64,000 nucleotides of DNA from Deltaproteobacteria bacterium (GTDB lineage Bacteria > Bdellovibrionota > JACOXK01). The notes beneath the pieces were generated by a model that was given only the letters and a program-made list of their open reading frames with translations, was not told where the DNA came from and made no database searches. The position numbers were made by a program, and so were the translations under genes. The DNA lies in NCBI GenBank assembly GCA_016182335.1, contig JACOXK010000057.1, positions 706-64,705 of the forward strand. Reading direction: 5' to 3'. This document shows positions 39,030 to 47,753 of the stretch, one piece after another (position 1 is the first letter of the stretch; every line of letters begins with the position of its first letter).

Positions 39030-39823
39030 TTCCAGTTTTGTTTAAAATCCCTCTTCCTTTTTTAAATCAACCGTTTGAAGTAAGAGCCTATGGGGTTCTC
39101 ATAGCCCTTGGTTTTCTATTGATATTGCCATTAGCTATTCGTCAGGCGCGCAAAGAGGGAATTTCTTCAAATACAATTATCGATGTTGGTTTTTGGGGGC
39201 TTTTAATGGGCCTCATTGGTGCCAGGGTTCTTTACATTGTAACGGAATGGGAAGCTTATAAAGCAGATCTGGTTTCAATTTTTTACCTTTGGGAAGGTGG
39301 GCTTGTATTTTACGGAGGGTTACTTGCTGGTTGTGCAACCCTTATTTTTTACGCAAAGAAGAAACACATACCTTTAGGAAAACTCTTAGATGTAGGTGCT
39401 CCCGCAGTTGCTTTTGTGCACTTCTTTGGTCGACTTGGTTGCTTAGCAGCAGGTTGTTGTTTTGGTAAGCCAACACAACTTCCATGGGGGATATTTTTTA
39501 AAAATCCGGAGGCCTTTGCACGGCCTTTAAACACCCCTCTTCATCCTACACAGATATATGAAATGGGAGGGCTTCTTTTTTTGTTTGTATTTCTCTATTT
39601 TGTATTAAGCAAATATAAGAAATTTGATGGGCAGCTGGCCTTGTCGTATTTGATTCTTTATTCCGTGTTTCGTTTTGTGGTAGAGTTTTTCAGAGGGGAT
39701 GATATTCGAGGGTTTGTCATACCCAATCTTATTTCCACTTCTCAGTTTGTGAGTCTTGTAATTTTTCTTGTAACTGTACCCGTCTTTATTTATTTTTATA
39801 AGAAGGCCAAAATTAAGCGATAG
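39026..39823 (+). CDS. lgt: prolipoprotein diacylglyceryl transferase
   Basis: Lgt signature GARVLYIV ... FGRLGCLAAGCCFGKPT in a polytopic membrane protein. 265 aa. Confidence 0.85.
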   Translation: MIPVLFKIPLPFLNQPFEVRAYGVLIALGFLLILPLAIRQARKEGISSNTIIDVGFWGLLMGLIGARVLYIVTEWEAYKADLVSIFYLWEGGLVFYGGLLAGCATLIFYAKKKHIPLGKLLDVGAPAVAFVHFFGRLGCLAAGCCFGKPTQLPWGIFFKNPEAFARPLNTPLHPTQIYEMGGLLFLFVFLYFVLSKYKKFDGQLALSYLILYSVFRFVVEFFRGDDIRGFVIPNLISTSQFVSLVIFLVTVPVFIYFYKKAKIKR

Positions 39824-39875
39824 GAAAAAGCCCTCTTCTTGACTATACTCCGAAAATTGACGACAATATCGGAGT

Positions 39876-41039
39876 ATGTTCCGTAGAGTAATAAAACTTA
39901 GTCATTCCAATAGCTTCTTCCTGTTTGGCCCGAGGGGAACTGGCAAAACAACACTCATAAAACAGCTCTTTTCAAATGATCATGTTTTATGGATAGATTT
40001 ACTCAAAGATGAAGATGAAGAAAAATTTCGAATTAATCCAGACCTACTATCTGAAATTTTGGCAAATAATCCTTATGAATGGGTTGTTATTGATGAGGTT
40101 CAGAAGATTCCAAAGCTGCTAGACATCATACACCTGGAAATTGAAAAGAAAAAAACGAAGTTTGTCTTGACCGGATCTAGCGCTCGAAAGCTTAAAAGAG
40201 GAGCTGCGAATCTCCTGGCAGGTAGAGCATTTACCTATCAACTCTATCCACTGTGCCACATAGAACTTGGTGATTCTTTTCAATTGGAAGATCTGCTTCA
40301 ATTTGGGTCCCTACCTCATCTCTATGAACTTACAACAAAACAAGATCGTATAGAATTTTTGAGAAGTTATGTAAAAACCTATTTGAAAGAAGAAATTTTG
40401 TCAGAGCAGCTGATAAGAAAAGTCGATCCTTTCCGAGATTTTTTGGAAGTTTCTGCACAAACTAATGGACAAATTATTAGCTACGAAAAAATAGCGGATG
40501 ATCTTGGGGTGGATGGGAAAACTGTTCAGACTTATTTTCAAATCCTTGAAGATACTTTGTTAGGATTTAAACTGGAATCCTATCATCGATCTGTCAGAAA
40601 GAGGCAGAGGGTTGCCCCTAAATTTTATCTTTTTGATCTTGGTATCAAGCGTGCTTTAGATCATTCCATGAAGCAAGAACTACAGCCTGAAACTTATGAT
40701 TTCGGGCAAGCTTTTGAGCACTTTATTATTTTGGAGACACAAAGATTGAATGAATATTTTCGGCTTGATTTTAAGATGTCTTATTTACGTACTAAAGACG
40801 GAGCCGAAATTGATCTTATTATTGAAAGACCTGGTGAAGCAACCATTTTAGTAGAAATTAAATCAACAAAAAATACAACGAGTCGACATACATCTCATTT
40901 GGAACGATTTTATAAAGATTGGGGAAAGACTGTGGAAGCACATCTTTGGTCCCTCGACCCGCATGAAAAGAAAATTGGAAATGTCATTTGTCTTCCGTGG
41001 AAGAAAGGCCTCAGCGCTGCAGGTTTTAGACAGAATTAA
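39876..41039 (+). CDS. AAA+ ATPase with C-terminal DUF4143-like (restriction-endonuclease-fold) domain
   Basis: Walker A FLFGPRGTGKTTL, Walker B VVIDEVQ, C-terminal ...EIDLIIERPGEATILVEIKSTKN. 387 aa. Confidence 0.7.
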   Translation: MFRRVIKLSHSNSFFLFGPRGTGKTTLIKQLFSNDHVLWIDLLKDEDEEKFRINPDLLSEILANNPYEWVVIDEVQKIPKLLDIIHLEIEKKKTKFVLTGSSARKLKRGAANLLAGRAFTYQLYPLCHIELGDSFQLEDLLQFGSLPHLYELTTKQDRIEFLRSYVKTYLKEEILSEQLIRKVDPFRDFLEVSAQTNGQIISYEKIADDLGVDGKTVQTYFQILEDTLLGFKLESYHRSVRKRQRVAPKFYLFDLGIKRALDHSMKQELQPETYDFGQAFEHFIILETQRLNEYFRLDFKMSYLRTKDGAEIDLIIERPGEATILVEIKSTKNTTSRHTSHLERFYKDWGKTVEAHLWSLDPHEKKIGNVICLPWKKGLSAAGFRQN

Positions 41040-41060
41040 TTTGTACAATATAAACCTTGT

Positions 41061-42575
41061 TTATTTCTCCTCTGGCCAGTTGATATAAAACTTTGCTCTC
41101 CTAAAATAATTTGGGCTTTCTGGGTCTCTGGAATTGAACTCGAAATCTAGGTCATGCCCAATTGCATCTTCAATCCAGATACTATCAATAGGCACGATTA
41201 CTTTCTTTTGCCCAATCTTACGCCCCAACCAATTTCTCATGCCTATACATCCATCAAAATTAAAAGGCGCAGAGATAACATTTTTTTTCTTCATGACCCA
41301 TGATCCAATGCGTCTTTGACAATCCTCAGAGTATTTATCTCCAAATTTAATTCGCGCATTCTCGTAACGCACCTCCGAAAGATCGTCTAGCTCAAGGGTC
41401 ACTTCAATATTCTCTCCAACTCCTCCAACTATGAATGTTTTATCAAAATAGGCATCGATAATTTTAGGTGCCTCTAAATCCTGTTGATAATCATCTCTCT
41501 CTGGATCAACAATTTCCACTTGAGCAGAGGGTATTGTGCCTGAATTTTGACCATCCCTACGGCTATCAGGATCATACACTAAGTAAAAATCAAGCCACTC
41601 GTGGCTGAAATTCGAGTCCTTTAGTGGGTCCCCGATTGGATCAAGCCACTTCCCCGACCATAAATGCATCTTCATTCTAGTTTCATTTCCAAAATAATCC
41701 TGAACTGAGAGATTATTCATAACTATCTTTCCCAAAGGTGCGTAAAGAGGGATATTTAACTCGTAAAAGTATGTATCATCACCTCTGTACTTAAAATGAT
41801 TGTATTGGAAAGGAAAAGCGCCCAAGAACTCAGGAAAGGCGCCTACTCGATCAAATTCCAGGCCAAAGTGTTGTGGTGAGAGTTTGTAGCCAAGGAAATT
41901 TCCCATGCCAATTCTGTTGATGCCACTCAATTTGTCTCTCATTTTCACAAAAAGAATAAGATTTTCCCCAGGTTTTACTGTTTTTTTATCGAACCAAACT
42001 TTTTCAACTTCTGGAGCCTCCTCATCTATAAACATTGATCTCATAATGCCCTTGATGATGTGTTCACCAATGATTCCGCGCTTAAATCGATACTGAACTT
42101 TTAAAATAAAGGAGTTAGAGTCATAAACATAATATTCCCCAATTTCAAACATGCCTTGAGTCTCAACCCAGTAGAAAGTATTGTTGCTAAGCATTAATAC
42201 TTCTTCCCATTCTTTGGCGGGTTGTTCTTTCCTAAGATGAATTTTAAGTTTATCAAAATTATCAAATCTCTTGCCATCAAGATTTGTGAGATAGGAAAAA
42301 GAAAGTGTAGAGGTTTCTTCATCAACTTTTGTAATAGGCTTGTCATCTATTATTACATTCTTTTTGTCTTCAGATTCGTTTAAATTCCAATTTTCTGGAT
42401 ATTCAAACTTAATACCCATGAGATTATTTTCATAATGCTTCATGCCAGCATTGCCTTGTTCAACACCCGATATCCCTGGATCATTTGATCCGTTATTCAA
42501 AGGATCAAAAATACTTTTTTCGCCACAGGATAAAACGCCAAATAGAAGAACACACAACAACATCCTAATTTTCAT
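41061..42575 (-). CDS. hypothetical lipoprotein (~505 aa)
   Basis: The N-terminus MKIRMLLCVLLFGVLSCGEKS carries a lipobox. No confident domain. Confidence 0.5.
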   Translation of the reverse strand: MKIRMLLCVLLFGVLSCGEKSIFDPLNNGSNDPGISGVEQGNAGMKHYENNLMGIKFEYPENWNLNESEDKKNVIIDDKPITKVDEETSTLSFSYLTNLDGKRFDNFDKLKIHLRKEQPAKEWEEVLMLSNNTFYWVETQGMFEIGEYYVYDSNSFILKVQYRFKRGIIGEHIIKGIMRSMFIDEEAPEVEKVWFDKKTVKPGENLILFVKMRDKLSGINRIGMGNFLGYKLSPQHFGLEFDRVGAFPEFLGAFPFQYNHFKYRGDDTYFYELNIPLYAPLGKIVMNNLSVQDYFGNETRMKMHLWSGKWLDPIGDPLKDSNFSHEWLDFYLVYDPDSRRDGQNSGTIPSAQVEIVDPERDDYQQDLEAPKIIDAYFDKTFIVGGVGENIEVTLELDDLSEVRYENARIKFGDKYSEDCQRRIGSWVMKKKNVISAPFNFDGCIGMRNWLGRKIGQKKVIVPIDSIWIEDAIGHDLDFEFNSRDPESPNYFRRAKFYINWPEEK

Positions 42576-43278
42576 TTTCCTCTCCTTTGAGTTCGAATAA
42601 CTGCACATTTAATTGATAAACTTTCGTTTTTTCTCCGGTTTCTAAAAACTGCATAAGCTCCCTTGAGAATTTCTGAATTCTTTGTTTAGCATCAGGTATT
42701 TTTTTAGGATCAACCGCCATCGTCATTCCTGTAATGTTTCTATTTTCAATATTCTGATGAAAAAGTGCTACAAGTGCTTTTCTGATTAATTGCCCATGCA
42801 AACTGACAAGCCCCCTATTGAGAACTTCAGTAGGTGTAGCCAGCAACCCATTATTTTTTCTTAAATAAGTATTTCCCTTTTTCTTGATAAGGTCCAACTT
42901 GAGAAGTCGTTCGCAGCGAATTCTTACATCATGTGTTTTCAGATTTAATTTCTTTGCGATGTTCTTTGATGTTTTTTCAGTTAGATCATCTAAGAGAAGG
43001 GCTTCAAGAATAGCACTATAATGCCAATCTGAAATGATATGTAATAATTCGATGGTAAGGTCTGTTACCCCTTTTTCTTTCTTCAAACTCTCAAGTTTGC
43101 CAGAATAAAACTCTTTAATTTCGTCGGCTTGTGCTGTTTCTTTTTCTATTAACAAAGAAACGTACTTTTTTTCATCTTCATTGAATATGTTGGATTGAAA
43201 TAACTTATCTATCATGCGTTGAGTTGGGGGCCTTTTGTTACTTAGGAATAAACTCAAATAGGATTTACTCATTCCCAA
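42565..43278 (-). CDS. HTH-domain protein of unknown function (TIGR02147-like architecture)
   Basis: The N-terminal 30 aa (MSKSYLSLFLSNKRPPTQRMIDKL) look like an XRE-type HTH, followed by a ~200-aa helical domain. Overlaps the start of the downstream lipoprotein gene. Confidence 0.4.
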   Translation of the reverse strand: MGMSKSYLSLFLSNKRPPTQRMIDKLFQSNIFNEDEKKYVSLLIEKETAQADEIKEFYSGKLESLKKEKGVTDLTIELLHIISDWHYSAILEALLLDDLTEKTSKNIAKKLNLKTHDVRIRCERLLKLDLIKKKGNTYLRKNNGLLATPTEVLNRGLVSLHGQLIRKALVALFHQNIENRNITGMTMAVDPKKIPDAKQRIQKFSRELMQFLETGEKTKVYQLNVQLFELKGEENEN

Positions 43279-43560
43279 TTAATTGGCAAAAGCAGCTGCA
43301 GAATAAAGAGGATTCAGCTGGACTCGCCGTTTTAGTTAAGCTCTCAAAAAATCGCGAGAGCTTTTGTACGGGTAGATCATGAAATAAACCTTAATAAAGT
43401 GACTTAGGTTTGTCGATGCGATTTGAAAATTATGTGTTTACATAGTTGTAAACCTAGATCCTTCGGCAAACTACATTATCCCCATCTCAGGATGACAGGC
43501 TCGGCCAATTAATAACTAAATTGTGCTTGGGATTATCATTTGCTACCATAACAAATGTAG

Positions 43561-44127
43561 ATGAAGTTTTTAAATATTTTCAAAAATAAAGAAGTACGTT
43601 GTGAATCCTGCCAAAAAATCTTTCCAGAAAATCAGTTAAATCAATACGATTCAACCATTCGTGACGAAATTGAAGATGGCATTATCAAGCACTTGTGCAG
43701 AAACTGTCTGAAGCTAGAACTGCAGACTTATTTAAGGGGATATAAAGGCAAGGCCGTGATGGTTTATCCCTTGCAGAAGTATAATGGGCTTGCCTATCAT
43801 TTCTATCCCTTTGGAGAAATGCAAGAATATGAATGGACTTCTGATCAAATTGAGAAACTCCGAAAATATTTACCCCTGGAGGATACTCAATGTGAAAAAT
43901 GTAAGGTGAGAAAAGCCCAGATCAATTGGTGCTCTCCTGAAATTTATAATTTTAATCCGTTTTTGGAAAAAATTAATGAACAAGGACATTTTGAGCAGAA
44001 GAAATTATGCCCTCAATGTTGGGTTCTTGAATTTATTAAAAAAATCGAAGAAGAAAACATAGTTTTTAATATTGAATTTTTACCCCCGTATAACTCCGAC
44101 GGGTTCGGAACTTCTTTTGAAGCTTAA
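43561..44127 (+). CDS. hypothetical Cys-rich (zinc-ribbon-like) protein
   Basis: CxxC pairs: CESCQ ... CRNC ... CEKCK ... CPQCW. 188 aa. Confidence 0.4.
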   Translation: MKFLNIFKNKEVRCESCQKIFPENQLNQYDSTIRDEIEDGIIKHLCRNCLKLELQTYLRGYKGKAVMVYPLQKYNGLAYHFYPFGEMQEYEWTSDQIEKLRKYLPLEDTQCEKCKVRKAQINWCSPEIYNFNPFLEKINEQGHFEQKKLCPQCWVLEFIKKIEEENIVFNIEFLPPYNSDGFGTSFEA

Positions 44128-44130
44128 TAA

Positions 44131-44247
44131 AGGCTGTTCAAAAAAGTTTAGATGCTAGGCGCCTGAGGAGGCACGACCGAGACGTACTTAAGAGTACGTT
44201 GATGGAGAGCCGACGAGGGCAACGACGCAGATGACTTTTTTCAACAG
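44131..44247. repeat. long imperfect inverted repeat (17-bp arms AGGCTGTTCAAAAAAGT / ACTTTTTTCAACAGCCT) enclosing an ~83-bp GC-rich core; bidirectional terminator or small structured element
   Basis: Seen directly in the sequence between the convergent genes 43561..44127 (+) and asnS (-). The core is ~60% GC against a ~37% background. Confidence 0.4.
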
Positions 44248-44254
44248 CCTGCAG

Positions 44255-45556
44255 CTAGGGCCTAAGTCGCTCAAGCATTCTAGGGAACGGTATAGTTTCT
44301 CGCACATGAGGCAGGCCACAAATCCAGGCCAGTGCCCTCTCAATGCCTAAGCCAAAACCAGCGGTAGGAACACTTCCGTATTTTCGTAAATCAAAATACC
44401 AACCAAAGTCTTCTTCACGTAGCCCGTGTCTCTCAACCTCTTTTCTTAAGATTTCAAGATTTTCTTCTCGTGCTCCACCTCCTATTATTTCTCCATAGCC
44501 TTCAGGGGCCAATAAATCACAGCTTAAAGAAAGTGTTGGATCTTTTGGGTCCTGTTTCATGTAAAAGGCTTTGATTTTTTTGGGAAATCGATGAACAAAA
44601 AAAGGTTTATGATAGTGCTGGCACAGAAAGCTCTCATCAGGGGCTCCAAAATCATTACCGTAAACAAAACCCGTATCGCTTTTTTTGAGTCTTTCTGCCG
44701 CATCATTGTAATGGAGGCGGTCAAAAGGGGTTTTGATGATTTTAAGCCTTTCGATGTCTCTTTCTAAAGATTTAATTTCTTCTTCTTTTTCTTCTAAATT
44801 TTTTTGAACAATGTATTCAATGAAATTTTCTGCAAGTTCCATGTTGTCTTCTAATGAGGCAAAGGCCACTTCAGGTTCTAACATCCAAAACTCTGTCAGG
44901 TGTTTTCTTGTTTTTGACTTCTCAGCTCGAAATGTTGGACCAAAGCAATAAACTTTTCCAAAGGCTCTGGCAGTAGCTTCGTTGTACAGTTGACCACTCT
45001 GAGACAGATAGGCTTTTTCTTCAAAATATTGAGTTTCAAATAAAGTTGTTGTTCCTTCACAGGCGGATGGGGTCAGAATCGGTGCATCGCAAAGGATAAA
45101 ACCATTTATATCGAAAAAATCTCTGCAATGTTTGATGAGGCTTGCTCTCACTCTTAAAATGGCGTGTTGTCTTTTGGAACGAATCCACAAATGTCTATGC
45201 TCCATGAGGAACCCAACACCATGTTCTTTAGGGCTAATAGGATAATCAAGCGTTTTATGAACAATTTCAAAAGATTTGAGTCCAAGCTCAAAACCGCCTG
45301 TGGATCGTTTTTCTACGCGCGGGACACCGGAAATAATAACGGATGTTTCCTGTGTTAAATCCGAAAATAAGTCTAAAAATTTTCGATCTGTTTCTCCAGG
45401 AAAAAGCACACATTGAAGAAGCCCTGTACCGTCTCGAAAAACAAGAAATTTAATCTTCCCACTGGACCTGGTGTGATACACCCACCCTTTCAGTGTAATT
45501 TCTTGTCCAACATACTTTCCAATATCTTCTATATAAACTCGCATCTTATACCTCAA
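44255..45556 (-). CDS. asnS: asparaginyl-tRNA synthetase
   Basis: Class IIb motifs: AYLSQSGQLY (SGQL is AsnRS-type), FRAEKSKTRKHLTEFWMLEPEVAF, GGGAREE...R, C-terminal IPFPR. 433 aa. Confidence 0.8.
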   Translation of the reverse strand: MRYKMRVYIEDIGKYVGQEITLKGWVYHTRSSGKIKFLVFRDGTGLLQCVLFPGETDRKFLDLFSDLTQETSVIISGVPRVEKRSTGGFELGLKSFEIVHKTLDYPISPKEHGVGFLMEHRHLWIRSKRQHAILRVRASLIKHCRDFFDINGFILCDAPILTPSACEGTTTLFETQYFEEKAYLSQSGQLYNEATARAFGKVYCFGPTFRAEKSKTRKHLTEFWMLEPEVAFASLEDNMELAENFIEYIVQKNLEEKEEEIKSLERDIERLKIIKTPFDRLHYNDAAERLKKSDTGFVYGNDFGAPDESFLCQHYHKPFFVHRFPKKIKAFYMKQDPKDPTLSLSCDLLAPEGYGEIIGGGAREENLEILRKEVERHGLREEDFGWYFDLRKYGSVPTAGFGLGIERALAWICGLPHVRETIPFPRMLERLRP

Positions 45557-45584
45557 CCACCTGAGTAAAACTCACAATTACAGA

Positions 45585-45680
45585 GATTAGGCAGTGTCTT
45601 TTCGGCGAGTTCGCACCGCAGGGCTACTGCCCGAGGAGCGCTGTCTGAGCAAGAAAAGATACTGCCTAATCTCATGTACT
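45585..45680. repeat. long inverted repeat (~21-bp arms AGAGATTAGGCAGTGTCTTTTC / GAAAAGATACTGCCTAATCTC) enclosing a ~50-bp GC-rich core
   Basis: Seen directly in the sequence in the 123-bp spacer between the end of the opp permease gene and the start of asnS (both minus strand). Confidence 0.4.
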
Positions 45681-46789
45681 TAAGTTTTTGGATCAAGAGC
45701 GTCCCTTAACCCATCTCCTAACAAATTAAACATCATGACTGCAAGAAAAATAAAAAAACCAGGGATTAAAATCCATGGATGAAACTGGATTTCCGAAATA
45801 GCCATGGCCTCCGAAAGCATGTTTCCCCAACTAGCGTCAGGGTCCATGATTCCTAATCCCAAGAGGGAAAGAGCGCTCTCACCAAGAATATAGGAAGGAA
45901 TACCTATGGTCAGAGAGATAATGGCGTAGGAAAATGTATTGGGTAAAATATGTTTGACCATAATAAAAAAGCTGTTAACTCCTAACGCTTTTGCTGCAAG
46001 AACATATTCCTTTCGAGCCTCCGCTAATACCATTCCGCGTATGACGCGTGCCAGCCCAGCCCAACCAATAAAAGCAAGGATGATTGTGATGCCAAAGAAT
46101 ACTTGAATCGAAGATAGATTAACGGGAAGGGCAGCTCTCAATGCCAGTAATAAATAAAAAGAGGGGGCCATCATAAAAATTTCGCATATTCTCATAATAA
46201 TATTATCAGTTCGACCACCGTAGTATCCGGCGATAGCACCCATCATCATTCCTAAGATAAACACAATGAAAGAACCTAAAAGCCCTATGGATAGAGAAAC
46301 ACGGGAGCCAAAAAGAAGCCTTGAAAAAACATCACGTCCTTTTTCATCAGCACCAAAGAAATAAAAACGTCCAGGAAATTCTACACCAAACAATCTTAAA
46401 TTTGTTTTAAAAAGCCCCAGAAATGAGTAGTTATCATCAACAAGTTTCTGCTGGCGTGAGTCCCATATTTTTTTCTTATTAAAAAGTTTAAGGTGATATT
46501 TTTTTGACGTATCTTCGACACGAATTCGATTATAGAATGAGTCAAACTGGTACGTGTAATTGTAAATGTATGGATTCCATTGTCCTTCATCCAACCAATG
46601 AATAGAACTGGGGGGCTGATAAGATGTGGAGCGGTCTTCTTCATCAAGGCTATAGGGAGCCAGAAAATTAGCAAAAACAGCACACAAATAAAAAGTTAAA
46701 AGGCCAATCAAAGCCAAAACAGCAAGGTTATGTTTTTTAAACTTTGTCCATGATCGACCTTTACTAAAAGCTACTTTTTCTTCAGCCAT
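45680..46789 (-). CDS. ABC transporter permease (OppC/DppC family, long N-terminal extension)
   Basis: C-terminal BPD-transporter inner-membrane domain with an EAA-like loop (LAAKALGVNSFFIMVKHILPN). 369 aa. Confidence 0.8.
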   Translation of the reverse strand: MAEEKVAFSKGRSWTKFKKHNLAVLALIGLLTFYLCAVFANFLAPYSLDEEDRSTSYQPPSSIHWLDEGQWNPYIYNYTYQFDSFYNRIRVEDTSKKYHLKLFNKKKIWDSRQQKLVDDNYSFLGLFKTNLRLFGVEFPGRFYFFGADEKGRDVFSRLLFGSRVSLSIGLLGSFIVFILGMMMGAIAGYYGGRTDNIIMRICEIFMMAPSFYLLLALRAALPVNLSSIQVFFGITIILAFIGWAGLARVIRGMVLAEARKEYVLAAKALGVNSFFIMVKHILPNTFSYAIISLTIGIPSYILGESALSLLGLGIMDPDASWGNMLSEAMAISEIQFHPWILIPGFFIFLAVMMFNLLGDGLRDALDPKT

Positions 46790-47750
46790 AACGAATTCTT
46801 GGGTCTATAGTTGCTAGCAAAATATCAGCAATGAGATTACCTAAAACCAAAAGCACACCGGCAATCAACATATTAGCCATAACAAGATAGATGTCCTTAC
46901 TTCGAACAGCTTCAAGCATTAAAGAGCCGATTCCTGGCCAGGAGCAGATAATTTCAGTAAGAGCAGCGCCACTTAAAATTCCTGAAAGTTGATATCCAAA
47001 GATAGTAATCATGGGGTTAATGGCATTGCGCAAAGCATGGCGATAAATAACGCGATTCTCTGGTAAGCCTTTGGCCCGGGCTGTCATCAAATACTGGGAT
47101 CGTAAAACCTCAAGCATGTTACCTCGCATCACTCTTTGTAAAAAAGCCATGGATGCCGTTGAGATGACAAAGACAGGAATGATGAGGTGTTTAACAACAT
47201 CAAATATTTTTCCCAAAAGACCAAGACTTCTAAAATTTCCTGAATACATCCCCCCGATGGGCAAGATATCCAAGTAAGAACCCAAAATATAAAGGAGTAA
47301 GAGCGCAAAAAAGAAGTTAGGTGTTGATAAACCTATATAGGAAAGAACTGAGAAAATTTTATCTCCCCATTTATATTGTTTCACAGCGCAGTAAATTCCA
47401 ATGGGTATAGCGAAAAGCCACGTGAAAAAGATACTGCAAAGAGAGAGCAGAAGAGTATTCCACACTCTACTTTGAATCACTTTTAAAACTGGTTCATCAT
47501 TATCAAAAGAGTGTCCCCAATCTAAAGTGACAATTCCCTTAAGCCAATGAACATATTGTACAACCCAAGGTTGATCGAGGTGGTATTGTTTTTCATATCG
47601 CTCGATCACATCTTTAGAGATCTGAGGATTGAGTTTTAATTGATCAAAATAATTTCCTGGGGCCAGTTGTAGAACCCCAAAAGTCATAAAGGAAATAGCT
47701 ATGAGAAGAGGAACAGAAATAATCAATCTTCTCAGAGCATAAGTCCACAA
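46782..47750 (-). CDS. ABC transporter permease (OppB/DppB family)
   Basis: BPD-transporter permease topology with an EAA-like loop (YLMTARAKGLPENRVIYRHALRNA). 322 aa. Confidence 0.8.
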   Translation of the reverse strand: MWTYALRRLIISVPLLIAISFMTFGVLQLAPGNYFDQLKLNPQISKDVIERYEKQYHLDQPWVVQYVHWLKGIVTLDWGHSFDNDEPVLKVIQSRVWNTLLLSLCSIFFTWLFAIPIGIYCAVKQYKWGDKIFSVLSYIGLSTPNFFFALLLLYILGSYLDILPIGGMYSGNFRSLGLLGKIFDVVKHLIIPVFVISTASMAFLQRVMRGNMLEVLRSQYLMTARAKGLPENRVIYRHALRNAINPMITIFGYQLSGILSGAALTEIICSWPGIGSLMLEAVRSKDIYLVMANMLIAGVLLVLGNLIADILLATIDPRIRYG

Positions 47751-47753
47751 GGG

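Noticed and set aside
44255-45556. Alternative call of this class IIb synthetase as archaeal-type AspRS
   Set aside because: The SGQL motif (rather than SPQL) and overall motif-2 context favour AsnRS. Residual uncertainty is noted in the feature.
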